64,000 nt of DNA, from positions 401-64,400 of the forward strand of contig DJHJ01000002.1 of NCBI GenBank assembly GCA_002433055.1, in the 5' to 3' direction. Below the pieces are notes generated by a model that made no database searches, was not told the origin of the DNA, and was given only the letters and a program-made list of their open reading frames with translations. This stretch comes from Acidobacteriia bacterium UBA6623. GTDB taxonomy: Bacteria > Acidobacteriota > Terriglobia > Bryobacterales > UBA6623. This document shows positions 48,883 through 58,657 of the stretch, piece by piece (position 1 is the first letter of the stretch; each line of letters opens with the position of its first letter). Made by a program: the position numbers and the translations under genes.

Positions 48883-51138
48883 ATGTCCACACTGACTACC
48901 GACCTTATCACTAAACACGGGCTTACTATGGACGAGTACGACCGTATACTAGACCGTTTGGGCCGCGAGCCAACCTTGACCGAGTTGGGGATTATCAGTG
49001 TAATGTGGAGTGAGCACTGTTCCTACAAGAGTTCCCGCCTGCATTTAAAAAAACTACCTACAGAGGGAGAAAGTGTGCTTGTAGGGCCGGGAGAAAATGC
49101 TGGCATTATCGACATCGGTGATGGCTGGGCAGTGGCTTTCAAAATAGAATCTCACAACCATCCTAGCTTTATTGAGCCATTTCAAGGCGCTGCTACGGGA
49201 GTTGGTGGCATTTTGCGTGATATTTTCACAATGGGTGCACGGCCAATAGCAGTGATGGACTCACTGCGTTTTGGAATGCTAGATGATTCCAAAACTGGTA
49301 TACGTAACCGCCACATTGTCAGAGGTGTTGTGAGTGGTATCAGCCACTATGGTAATTGTTTCGGCGTACCAACAGTGGGTGGAGAATGTATTTTCGAATC
49401 TGGTTATGGCGGCAATCCCCTTGTTAATGCCTTTGCTCTGGGTATCTTTCGCAAAGACAAGATTTTTTTTGGCCAAGCCTCAGGTTCTGGCAATCCGGTG
49501 ATATACGTTGGTGCGAAAACAGGCAAGGATGGTATTCACGGTGCTTCGATGGCTTCCAGTGAATTTGACGAACAGTCCGAAGAGAAACGCCCCAACGTAC
49601 AAGTGGGAGATCCGTTCCTGGAAAAATTACTTTTAGAAGCTTGTCTCGAGGCTATGCAAACCGGTGCGATTGAGGGCATTCAAGATATGGGAGCAGCAGG
49701 GTTGACGTGCTCTACCTGCGAAATGGGCGGACGCGGGGGCAGTGGTATAGAGATTGACCTTAAGTATGTTCCACAACGTGAAGTTGGTATGACGCCTTAC
49801 GAGATCATGCTTTCCGAATCGCAAGAACGTATGTTGATTGTTGCCAAGCGAGGTCGAGAGAAGGAAGTGTACGATGTGTTTCGTAAATGGGGGTTGGATG
49901 CTGCGGAGATCGGTGTAGTTACTGGAGACGGTTTGCTTCGCGTTAAAGATCGTGGAGAAGTGGTGGCAGAAGTGCCAAACTCTCTACTCACAGATGACGC
50001 ACCACTTTATGACCGCCCCTTCTCGCAGCCTCCTCGGGTGGCTCCATTGGACGGACCGGAGATTGATTTATCTAAAAACACTGCACTTGGCGATAGTCTT
50101 GTAACGTTGCTCGGGTCTCCCGATATTTGCTCGAAGCAGTGGATTTTCGAACAGTATGACCACATGGTGAGAACAAATACGACATCAGGACCTGGCGGAG
50201 ATGCAGCAGTAATTCGCATTAAAGAAGCAGATGTTTCGTTGGCGATGTCATTAGACGGCAATGGGCGATTTTGTGTACTTGACCCGCGAGAAGGAGCAAA
50301 ATTAGCTGTTGCAGAGTGCTGCCGAAACCTTGCGGTGGTCGGTGCACAGCCGATAGCTGCTACAAATTGTCTCAATTTTGGCAACCCAGAAAGGCCGGAG
50401 ATTATGGCTCAGCTGGTTGAGGCGATTGAGGGAATGGCAGAAGCCTGCATACATTTCGAAACTCCAATTACGGGTGGCAACGTAAGTCTTTACAATGAAA
50501 CTCTCGGCGATGGAATCTACCCCACGCCCGTCGTAGGCATAGTCGGTCTGGTGCGCAACCAAGATAAGCCTATGGGTATTCATTTTCGACAAGCAGGACG
50601 TAAACTAGTTCTTTTAGGAGGGCTTTTGCCTAATGCGACCGGCAGGAAAGCACAGGCCGAACGGCGTTTTGGAAGTTCGCAATACGCGAAAATGGTTGTA
50701 GGTGGTCTTTGGGGTTTGCCTCCCAAGCTTGATATGGACTATGAGAAGCGTGTACACGAGGCTTCACGTCGAATTGTAAATACAGGGTTAACAGAATCGG
50801 CCCACGATCTCAGCGATGGTGGATTGGCGGTGGCTGCAGCTAAGTCGTCGTTCGGTTTGTCAGGAGTCGGAGCCTCTATAGAACTTCAGTCTGAGTTGCC
50901 GGTGCACCACTTGCTTTACTATGAAGCTCCATCGCGGATATTGCTGTCCGTAGTAGAAGAAGCTTTAGGTGACGTCTTAAGTATTGCTAACGACTGCGGT
51001 GTTGAAGCTCCCGTAATTGGCAAAACAATCGAGGAGCGATTAACTTTCACTGTGAATCGGGAGAAGCTCTTTGATCGCTCTGTGGATGCGTTATATGAAC
51101 ACTGGACCAATTCACTTGAAAGGAGTCTCGCAACGTGA
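48883..51138 (+). CDS. purL: Phosphoribosylformylglycinamidine synthase subunit PurL
   Basis: [16 protein letters not shown] and GNPLVNAF, with duplicated AIR-synthase-like domains. Confidence 0.97.
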   Translation: MSTLTTDLITKHGLTMDEYDRILDRLGREPTLTELGIISVMWSEHCSYKSSRLHLKKLPTEGESVLVGPGENAGIIDIGDGWAVAFKIESHNHPSFIEPFQGAATGVGGILRDIFTMGARPIAVMDSLRFGMLDDSKTGIRNRHIVRGVVSGISHYGNCFGVPTVGGECIFESGYGGNPLVNAFALGIFRKDKIFFGQASGSGNPVIYVGAKTGKDGIHGASMASSEFDEQSEEKRPNVQVGDPFLEKLLLEACLEAMQTGAIEGIQDMGAAGLTCSTCEMGGRGGSGIEIDLKYVPQREVGMTPYEIMLSESQERMLIVAKRGREKEVYDVFRKWGLDAAEIGVVTGDGLLRVKDRGEVVAEVPNSLLTDDAPLYDRPFSQPPRVAPLDGPEIDLSKNTALGDSLVTLLGSPDICSKQWIFEQYDHMVRTNTTSGPGGDAAVIRIKEADVSLAMSLDGNGRFCVLDPREGAKLAVAECCRNLAVVGAQPIAATNCLNFGNPERPEIMAQLVEAIEGMAEACIHFETPITGGNVSLYNETLGDGIYPTPVVGIVGLVRNQDKPMGIHFRQAGRKLVLLGGLLPNATGRKAQAERRFGSSQYAKMVVGGLWGLPPKLDMDYEKRVHEASRRIVNTGLTESAHDLSDGGLAVAAAKSSFGLSGVGASIELQSELPVHHLLYYEAPSRILLSVVEEALGDVLSIANDCGVEAPVIGKTIEERLTFTVNREKLFDRSVDALYEHWTNSLERSLAT

Positions 51139-52568
51139 TGAAAACGACGAATGTGTCGGACCATTTTCATGAAGAGTGCGGTGTTTTTGGTATATACGGT
51201 CATCCTGAGGCAGCTAATCTGGCCTATCTGGGACTTTACGCTCTACAACACAGAGGACAGGAGAGTGCTGGTATATGTTCAACCGATGGCGAAAGATTGC
51301 ATTGCCGAAAGGATATGGGTCTTGTGGCAGAAATCTTCACCGAATCAGTTCTCAGCGAACTACGTGGTGCAAATGCAATCGGTCATACAAGATATTCCAC
51401 AGCTGGGCAGAGTGCTCGTCTCAACGCACAACCTTTTCTTGTGGAGTGCAGTAAAGGGCAAATTGCTGTTGCGCATAACGGCAACTTGACCAACGCCATA
51501 GATATTCGGCGTGACCTCGAGATGTCTGGCTCAATCTTTCAAGCCAACAGTGATACCGAAGTCATAGTTCATCTAATAGCACGTTCGCAAGAGGACAATC
51601 TCGAGCACGCTCTACGGGAATCCCTGTTGCGTATGGAAGGGGCCTACTCTTTGGCGGTGCTTTCCAAGGAAGGATTGATTGTTGCACGGGATCCGTATGG
51701 TTTTCGACCGATGGCATTCGGGCAGATAGAACACAACGGTCATACGGCATATGTTTTCGCTTCAGAAACGTGCGCCTTCGACCTGATCGGGGCAACATAT
51801 ATCGACGACGTCCAACCGGGAGAAATGATCACCATAACTGATAGTGGTGAGTTACACAGAAAACGTTTTGCACCAGTTCAAGATCGTCATCATTGCGTAT
51901 TTGAGCACGTCTATTTCGCACGACCTGACTCAGTTGTTTTTGGCCGTTCTGTGCAAAAGTCGCGCGAATTACTTGGCAGACTACTTGCACGCGAAGCTCC
52001 CGTCGAAGCAGACATCGTTGTGCCTCTGCCAGACTCTGGTGTAGATGCAGCAATTGGATATGCTGCTGAATCAGGGTTGCCTTATCGTATGGGATTGATC
52101 CGCAATCACTATGTCGGGCGTACATTCATCGAACCAAAACAGTCAATCCGAGATTTTGGTGTAAAGCTTAAACTAAATCCGGTTCGTGGTGTTATTGAGG
52201 GTAAGCGTGTGATTTTAGTGGACGACTCATTGGTCCGTGGAACAACGAGCCAAAAAATCGTTCGCATTGTTCGGCAGGCAGGCGCCAAAGAAGTCCATCT
52301 TCGTATTTCCTGTCCGCCAACCATTTCTCCCTGTTATTACGGTGTTGATACCCCGGACAAGAACGAGTTGATTGCAGCGAACCATTCAATCGATAGAATT
52401 CGAGATCATACAGAGGCAGACTCTTTAGCGTATCTTTCTCTTGAAGGTTTAAAACAAGCTGTACAAGACGTGCAAGGTGAATACTGTTATGCCTGTTATA
52501 CAGGGCAATACCCAACAGACTTAGTTGGCATTGAGCAACTATTGGCGGACTCGCGTGAAAAGAAATAG
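51135..52568 (+). CDS. purF: Amidophosphoribosyltransferase (propeptide plus Fe-S type)
   Basis: [10 protein letters not shown] (Ntn Cys after a short propeptide), [13 protein letters not shown] PRTase motif, and C-terminal Cys residues ([10 protein letters not shown]). Overlaps the purL stop; ATG 51138 is an alternative start. Confidence 0.97.
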   Translation: MMKTTNVSDHFHEECGVFGIYGHPEAANLAYLGLYALQHRGQESAGICSTDGERLHCRKDMGLVAEIFTESVLSELRGANAIGHTRYSTAGQSARLNAQPFLVECSKGQIAVAHNGNLTNAIDIRRDLEMSGSIFQANSDTEVIVHLIARSQEDNLEHALRESLLRMEGAYSLAVLSKEGLIVARDPYGFRPMAFGQIEHNGHTAYVFASETCAFDLIGATYIDDVQPGEMITITDSGELHRKRFAPVQDRHHCVFEHVYFARPDSVVFGRSVQKSRELLGRLLAREAPVEADIVVPLPDSGVDAAIGYAAESGLPYRMGLIRNHYVGRTFIEPKQSIRDFGVKLKLNPVRGVIEGKRVILVDDSLVRGTTSQKIVRIVRQAGAKEVHLRISCPPTISPCYYGVDTPDKNELIAANHSIDRIRDHTEADSLAYLSLEGLKQAVQDVQGEYCYACYTGQYPTDLVGIEQLLADSREKK

Positions 52569-52593
52569 TTCTGTTGTGGAAGTGTAGAGTATC

Positions 52594-53514
52594 TTAGTTG
52601 TTTTTTGGTGAGGGTGGTGTATTGTTCTCCAGTTCTGCACGATTGCGAATTGCTTCGACCACAAATTGGGCTTGTTGCGCAATGCCGGTTGACATGCCAT
52701 TTGGAGGACGGAAGAATCGGCGAACAGTAGCTATGTCAGCAGTGGTTCCAATCAGGTAGAGCCCTCTCAATGCCTCAAAAACGTGTGTTTCCTCAGGGCT
52801 GAGACTCATTACCGGAGTACCTACACTGATTGTGGCCCCGTCTTCTAGTAAGCGTTCCTTAACGGTCCCAGGAACCGGTGACCGGATTTCTAATTCTTCA
52901 TCAGTTTCCTTCGACTCCACTCGTGCTAGTAAGGTTCCCACATCGACAATATTGCCTTCGACCAGGCGATTGACCAATACACCTTGATGGGGGCTCACTA
53001 CTGCGTAATCTTGCAGCATAGAGAGCACCTCGTCGTGACCAGAGTCATCCCCGAACCGGATCAGAGATAGGGCCGCGTTACGCCTCACGAGTGGATCTAC
53101 ATCTGTAAGCATTTTCTGCAGTGTGCCGTGAAACAGTTGTTCGGTGTTGTCTTGCCCCATTACCCATGCCACATTTACGCGCAGTTGAGCCAATGGATGG
53201 TCTGCGAGAGCGACAATTGAGGGGTACCAGTGTGCCACAGTGCGATCACCTTGATTGATCCGATCAGAAATCTGTGACAGGGCATGCTGAGCGCGGCGTG
53301 GCTTTTCTTTATCAGCTAGGTATTCACTGATTTCAGACTTTGTGAGCTGTCGCCCAAACCATGTTTCTCTCCAAAACAGGAACATCATCAATATGATCAG
53401 TGCTGATAGTGCTGAAACCATGATCGTCGCTTTTCGAGAGACCATCTGGTTGGGTGTTGATTGTGGAATATCCGACATTCGAATAAACAGTATACCGAGC
53501 GATCTTAAAAACAA
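52594..53514 (-). CDS. Membrane-anchored HEAT-repeat protein with a lipoyl/biotinyl-like barrel-sandwich segment
   Basis: One TM (IMVSALSALIILMMFLFW). HEAT-like DPLVRRNAALSLIRFGD. Segment 52795..53001 resembles a lipoyl-type hybrid barrel (VDVGTLLARVESK...IRSPVPGTV...VGTPVMSL). The start codon is uncertain. Confidence 0.5.
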   Translation of the reverse strand: MFLRSLGILFIRMSDIPQSTPNQMVSRKATIMVSALSALIILMMFLFWRETWFGRQLTKSEISEYLADKEKPRRAQHALSQISDRINQGDRTVAHWYPSIVALADHPLAQLRVNVAWVMGQDNTEQLFHGTLQKMLTDVDPLVRRNAALSLIRFGDDSGHDEVLSMLQDYAVVSPHQGVLVNRLVEGNIVDVGTLLARVESKETDEELEIRSPVPGTVKERLLEDGATISVGTPVMSLSPEETHVFEALRGLYLIGTTADIATVRRFFRPPNGMSTGIAQQAQFVVEAIRNRAELENNTPPSPKNN

Positions 53515-53595
53515 CAGGAGTGAATTTCAGAAAGACACCACTATCAAAAACATAAGTTTAAGTCACACCCCCCCCTAGAAAGCTATAATTGCAGC

Positions 53596-54249
53596 TTGCG
53601 AAACGGTATCTTCATCAGCCTTGAGGGGATTGACGGCAGTGGCAAGACAACGCAACTGGAGCGTCTCCGGCTAAATCTGGTTAAAAGCGGCCATTCAGTA
53701 GTCGTCGCACAAGAGCCAGGGGGAACGCGATTAGGTCGTCGCATTAGAGAAATTCTTCTTGATGCTGCCAATCAAGATTTACGTCCAATTTCCGAATTGC
53801 TTCTATATTTTGCCTCGCGCTCTCAAAATATTGACGAAGTTATTATCCCCGCGCTTGAGACTTGCAAAGTTGTTATTTCAGATCGTTTTACGGATGCTAC
53901 TCTTGCGTACCAAGGCCACGGACGGAATCTAGGGATTGAGACAGTACGGACAATCGAACGCATTGCTTGCAGGGGCATCCAGCCCGATCTGACTCTTCTA
54001 TTAGATATTGACCCAAAAATTGGTGTGCAACGGGCCTTGGCACGAAACGAGACTGCAACACAAGATGAGAGCCGTATGGAACGAGAAGACCATGAGTTTT
54101 TCTGCAGAGTCCGTGATGGCTACCTAGAACTTGCGGCACAGGAGCCCAACCGCATCAAAATCGTTGATGCCCGCAAGCCGGTTGATGAACTCGAGACGGA
54201 AATCTTCGCAACCGTCGAAGCTCTGTTCTCAACCTTCGATGCTGAGTAG
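53596..54249 (+). CDS. tmk: dTMP kinase
   Basis: TTG start. FISLEGIDGSGKTTQ P-loop, EPGGT, DRF..ATLAYQG, and LLLDIDP. Confidence 0.93.
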   Translation: MRNGIFISLEGIDGSGKTTQLERLRLNLVKSGHSVVVAQEPGGTRLGRRIREILLDAANQDLRPISELLLYFASRSQNIDEVIIPALETCKVVISDRFTDATLAYQGHGRNLGIETVRTIERIACRGIQPDLTLLLDIDPKIGVQRALARNETATQDESRMEREDHEFFCRVRDGYLELAAQEPNRIKIVDARKPVDELETEIFATVEALFSTFDAE

Positions 54250-54289
54250 CGCAATACCAGAACTGCCGGTGGCAATTTCCCCTGTTAGT

Positions 54290-54410
54290 TTTTAGTTGTA
54301 GATATGATTTTCAGTTGCAACTATTTATATTTTCTTGTCTGTGACAACTACAGCGAAAAAACTGCCTAAAAAATGCAACTTTTTTTAATATATGACTTTG
54401 AGTTGCAAAA
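54290..54410. promoter_or_regulatory. Cluster of AGTTGCA half-sites, including a perfect 10-bp palindrome; putative operator region upstream of the TonB-dependent receptor
   Basis: AGTTGCAACT at 54313-54322. TGCAACT (54374-54380) and AGTTGCA (54401-54407) form an inverted repeat with a 20-nt spacer. Related TAGTTGT (54293-54299) and ACAACTA (54344-54350) are also inverted. Confidence 0.3.
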
Positions 54411-54820
54411 TAAAGTTAACATGAATATAAATTACCACTATCTCGTGGTGGCCAATTTTTCTGATGTGATGTGATTATTCGCTATTTTACCGTCAGTAAG
54501 ATTGCAGTTAGCCTTTAAAGCTGTGAACAGCAGCCCACTTTTGACAGTATAAATTTTACTTAAATAAAACATATTAAAGAACTTATAATAAATAAATGTA
54601 TTTTTTAAGTGTGTGTGTGGTGTCCGCATCTTTTTCTAGGACAAGGGGTATTTAGTCTAAACTATGATCCAAGAAGCAGGTATTTATTGGTGTAAATTGG
54701 TATTAGGAGATGTGGCTTAAGAAAAACTTTTATTTTTCTTTTGACATTCAGTTTCAAAAAATGGTAAAACTAAATTTCGATTTCATTTTAAGCGGTTCTT
54801 ATTCTGTAATTTTTATTCAA

Positions 54821-57235
54821 ATGTTATTCAATATCACAACAAAAATATTTTTTTTAGCCCTGATGTTTCTAAATGTTAACGTCTTTGTGTCGCCAGTTTT
54901 GGCATCTCAACAGGATGGAGTTGAGGGATCGCTTAGCGGTTCCTTGGTGGGGCCTGACAACTTAGCTATTGCAGGTGCTCTGATCGAAGTGGTGGAAACG
55001 TCCGATAAAACTTGGACAGATGGTGTAGGGCGGTTCCATTTCCCCAAAATCTCTTCCGGATCCTACACAGTACGGGTTGTCGCAGATAACTTCGAATCAG
55101 TTGAAACGTCAGTGACTGTTAATGGTGTCACCGAAATACCCTTGGAAATTACTGAAATTCAACGGCGAGTTGCTTCAGTTGAGGTTGTGGGGGAAGCGGC
55201 ACAGACCATAGCCGAAATTCCAGGATCAGTATTCCTGATTACACAGGACGAATTGGAAAATTCTCATCCTGTAGATGCTAACGAGGTTTTGCGAAGAGTG
55301 CCAGGACTAGTACCGAGGGTCGATTCTGGTCCAGTCGGATTACGTTTGAACGTCGGCATACGTGGTCTCAATCCAGACCGTAGTCGTAAGACATTGATGC
55401 TCGAAGATGGCATACCGGTGGCATTGGCTCCTTATGGAGAGCCGGAGATGTACTATTCACCGTCAATTGATCGCATGAGTCGAGTAGAGGTTCTCAAGGG
55501 TAGCGGTCAGATTATTCACGGACCTCAAAGCGTAGGGGGAGTTATAAACTTCGTCACACCGGAGCCTCCGTCCAAATTTCATGGCGATATCGATGTGAAA
55601 GCGGGTGAATATGGAACGCGATTTGCAAATGGTTCTATTGGTGGCAGCAATCGAGACCAGACCATGGGCTGGTATACCAGCTATCTACACAAGCAGGGAG
55701 ATGGCTGGCGCAAGTTCTATTTTGATGTCGATACCATCAACACAAAATTGACTTTAAAACCTTGGGATGGGCACACTTTTTCGTTCAAGGGAGGGATTTA
55801 TAACGAAAGATCCAATGCTACCTATCTGGGTATCACCACTCCCATGTACCAGACAGATTACACTCAAAACGCCGTACCAGGGGATACCTTAGCGGTCGAT
55901 CGTCGGTCTGGGTCGGTTTCGCATACATACGCTATTGATTCGAACACTGTGTGGAATACGTCAGCTTACGCTTATTCGACAAGACGGTATTGGGGCCGTA
56001 CAGATTTTGACCGATCTGACAAAGGTAAGGACTACATAGGGATTTTTGGAGATCCATCGGTTTCGGGTGGTGCGATCTTTCTGAGAGATTCTGCTGGTAA
56101 TCGCAACCGTGATTTTGATGTGTTTGGTTTTCAGACTGGTGTGCAAAAACACCACGAACTTGGCAAGTTGGACATAGGTATTCGCTACCTCTATGAACAG
56201 GCCAACGACAAGCGTGTGAACGGTGTTGGATGGCGGGCACGTACAGGAGAAATACGCGACGATGAAGATCGTTTCGGAAGAGCTTTTGCTGCTCACGCAC
56301 AGCATCAATTTAAGATCGGAGATCGGATTCTCTTTACTCCAGGGGTGCGGCTTGAACGTTATGAGCAGATACGCCATATCCGACGAACCCGTGTAAAAGA
56401 TGCGGATGGTAACAAAATACCAACGAATGTCGACCGCAGAAAAGATAACCTCATGACGGCTGTGATTCCGGGGTTATCGTTAGCGGTGAAAGCTGCTCCC
56501 GGTGTTACATTGTTCACGGGTGTCCATCGTGGATGGGCGCCACCACGCACCAAGAAAGCAATTACTAGTAGTGGAGTGAACTTAGAGTTGGATGCTGAAA
56601 AGTCTTGGAATTATGAAGCGGGTATTAGACTTGGCCAAACCAGAGCCATTCAAGCAGAACTGGCTTACTTTAGGCTAGATTTTTCGAATCAGATTATCAC
56701 CGCAGCAGAGTCGGGCGGTGCGACCACTACGCTCGTTAATGCTGGCGCCTCAATGCATGAGGGTTTGGAGGCGAATGTACGTCTCAACTGGAACGAATTA
56801 GCAAATATTTCGGGGTGGTCGATATTCAGTGAACTCAGGTTCATGCACTTAGCGACTGCAGAGTTTAGAGATAACCTACTTTATGGTGGCAACAGACTAC
56901 CGTACGCTCCTGAAAATTCTTTCGGATTGGTAGTCGGCATCCGACAATATGATGGGTTTGGATTCCAATTAGACACCAACCGAGTGGGAGATCGTTTCGG
57001 TGATAACAACATGACTATAGCGGCCTCAGGTGATGGCACCGTAGGTCTCTTGCCTGCCTACGGAGTAGTTAATTTTTCAGTTGACTACACGGTTCGTCAG
57101 GAGAGATACACTTTCCGACCCTATTTCACAGTTAAGAACTTACTCGATGCTAAGTACATTGCTTCGCGCGCACCTCAGGGGATCTATCCCGGTCACGCTA
57201 GAGCAGCTATTGCTGGCATAAAGTTTAGTTTCTAA
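54821..57235 (+). CDS. TonB-dependent receptor with N-terminal carboxypeptidase-regulatory-like domain
   Basis: Start taken at ATG 54821 (signal peptide MLFNITTKIFFLALMFLNVNVFVSPVLA). CarbopepD_reg-like GSYTVRVVADNF. Plug-domain motifs (LRRVPGL, IRGL, DGIPV), beta-barrel, and a terminal aromatic (KFSF). Confidence 0.9.
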   Translation: MLFNITTKIFFLALMFLNVNVFVSPVLASQQDGVEGSLSGSLVGPDNLAIAGALIEVVETSDKTWTDGVGRFHFPKISSGSYTVRVVADNFESVETSVTVNGVTEIPLEITEIQRRVASVEVVGEAAQTIAEIPGSVFLITQDELENSHPVDANEVLRRVPGLVPRVDSGPVGLRLNVGIRGLNPDRSRKTLMLEDGIPVALAPYGEPEMYYSPSIDRMSRVEVLKGSGQIIHGPQSVGGVINFVTPEPPSKFHGDIDVKAGEYGTRFANGSIGGSNRDQTMGWYTSYLHKQGDGWRKFYFDVDTINTKLTLKPWDGHTFSFKGGIYNERSNATYLGITTPMYQTDYTQNAVPGDTLAVDRRSGSVSHTYAIDSNTVWNTSAYAYSTRRYWGRTDFDRSDKGKDYIGIFGDPSVSGGAIFLRDSAGNRNRDFDVFGFQTGVQKHHELGKLDIGIRYLYEQANDKRVNGVGWRARTGEIRDDEDRFGRAFAAHAQHQFKIGDRILFTPGVRLERYEQIRHIRRTRVKDADGNKIPTNVDRRKDNLMTAVIPGLSLAVKAAPGVTLFTGVHRGWAPPRTKKAITSSGVNLELDAEKSWNYEAGIRLGQTRAIQAELAYFRLDFSNQIITAAESGGATTTLVNAGASMHEGLEANVRLNWNELANISGWSIFSELRFMHLATAEFRDNLLYGGNRLPYAPENSFGLVVGIRQYDGFGFQLDTNRVGDRFGDNNMTIAASGDGTVGLLPAYGVVNFSVDYTVRQERYTFRPYFTVKNLLDAKYIASRAPQGIYPGHARAAIAGIKFSF

Positions 57236-57360
57236 CTAGTTTCCCCCCGTAGCGAAAGGCACCTGTGGCGGTTTCCCCACCGTCCACGGGTGTCTATCCC
57301 CGGTACTAGTGTCCATTACGACGCGGCCGGATTGCCCTTCGTTATTGAATATAGGCATTT

Positions 57361-58548
57361 CTAGATGGGCTCTGAAGAAGCTTGGAAAAGTTGATCTGTT
57401 TGCAGCTTTTCAAGACCAGAGACAAGAACTTCGGTTGGTGTGATCAGACTCAACACCAAGTAGTCACCAAAAGGAAAGTCATAAAAACTACCAGGGTGAA
57501 CAAAGACATTGTAGTTTTCGAGTAAATGTAGCGCATATGACTCATCGTCCAATACTGAAGGAATGCGTAAGACACCGTACCACCCACCTTCCGTTCGAAG
57601 ACGAGAGCACAGGCAATCTTCAGTGAAAACAGAATCAAGAAGTTCACAGTTGGTCTGGATGCGATTTAAGATTTCCGGGCGAATGGCATCTCCTTGTTCA
57701 ATTAGGAATGGAGCTGTGCTCTGTACTGAAGCACCCACAGATAGATATGTATCTGCGATGATCTCAAGCCGCGATAGTGATTCGGAAAGTAATGTCTGTG
57801 GACCATTTGCAGCAATCCAGCCAAGTTTTACTTGAGGAAGAGCCGCGGTTTTCGAAAGCCCATTCAGGGTGAATGTTAGACAGTCGGTTACGGTTACACC
57901 ACTTGGTGCTCGTGACGAGTCGTCACTCCAAGAAAAATCGAAAAAAACCTCGTCTATTACCAAGGCTAGGTTGCGCCGACGACAGAGATCGACCACTTCT
58001 TCCAGCTCATCAGTTTTGAGAAAACTGCCAGTGGGGTTGTTCGGGCTGACAATTACCAGTACACGACTTCGTTTAGTGAGGACGCGTTTTAGTGCATCGA
58101 TATTAAGTCGCCAAATGCCGTCATACAAGAGTGGGTAACGAACTAAGCGCACGTCATGCAGGTCTACTAGGAATTCCAGAAGTGGATAACCAGGAGCAGC
58201 TGTAACAACTTCATCTCCAGGGTCTGTCAGAAGCTGGAACAAGTGTGAATAGGCATTACTGGTTCCAGGAGTTAGAACAATATGTTTGGGGGATACAGTG
58301 AACCCCCGTTTGCTGTAGTAAGAGGAAACTGCATTACGCGCATGTAGTGTACCTAATGCTGAGGGCTCATAAGGTGTGGTTATCGGGTCGATCCATGCTG
58401 ACTGTGTTGTCTCTGAGTAGTTGAATTCACACAGAGTCGGATTCGACATGGTGAGATCGATGACGGGAAAACCACGAGCCTGTAGACTCTGCAGGGCCAC
58501 TGTCAGCCGGTTGGGTAATCTATTCCAGGCAGTTCGACTCGAAAACAT
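57361..58548 (-). CDS. Pyridoxal-phosphate-dependent aminotransferase, class I/II
   Basis: SPNNPTG motif, the LSK lysine region (TLNGLSKTAALPQVKLGW), and overall length. Confidence 0.85.
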   Translation of the reverse strand: MFSSRTAWNRLPNRLTVALQSLQARGFPVIDLTMSNPTLCEFNYSETTQSAWIDPITTPYEPSALGTLHARNAVSSYYSKRGFTVSPKHIVLTPGTSNAYSHLFQLLTDPGDEVVTAAPGYPLLEFLVDLHDVRLVRYPLLYDGIWRLNIDALKRVLTKRSRVLVIVSPNNPTGSFLKTDELEEVVDLCRRRNLALVIDEVFFDFSWSDDSSRAPSGVTVTDCLTFTLNGLSKTAALPQVKLGWIAANGPQTLLSESLSRLEIIADTYLSVGASVQSTAPFLIEQGDAIRPEILNRIQTNCELLDSVFTEDCLCSRLRTEGGWYGVLRIPSVLDDESYALHLLENYNVFVHPGSFYDFPFGDYLVLSLITPTEVLVSGLEKLQTDQLFQASSEPI

Positions 58549-58657
58549 GCACTCTCAATTTCGTTGTGGAAGAAGGTTCAATATGTTTGTTTTGTAGGTA
58601 GTGTCATCGACAGTTTCGATTACGTATGCAAACCTAGATAACCTAACAGACCAGGAT

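Noticed and set aside
54710-54820. 37-codon N-terminal extension of the TonB-dependent receptor ORF
   Set aside because: The extension is AT-rich, low-complexity sequence (FYFSFDIQFQK...). ATG 54821 gives a canonical signal peptide ending in VLA.
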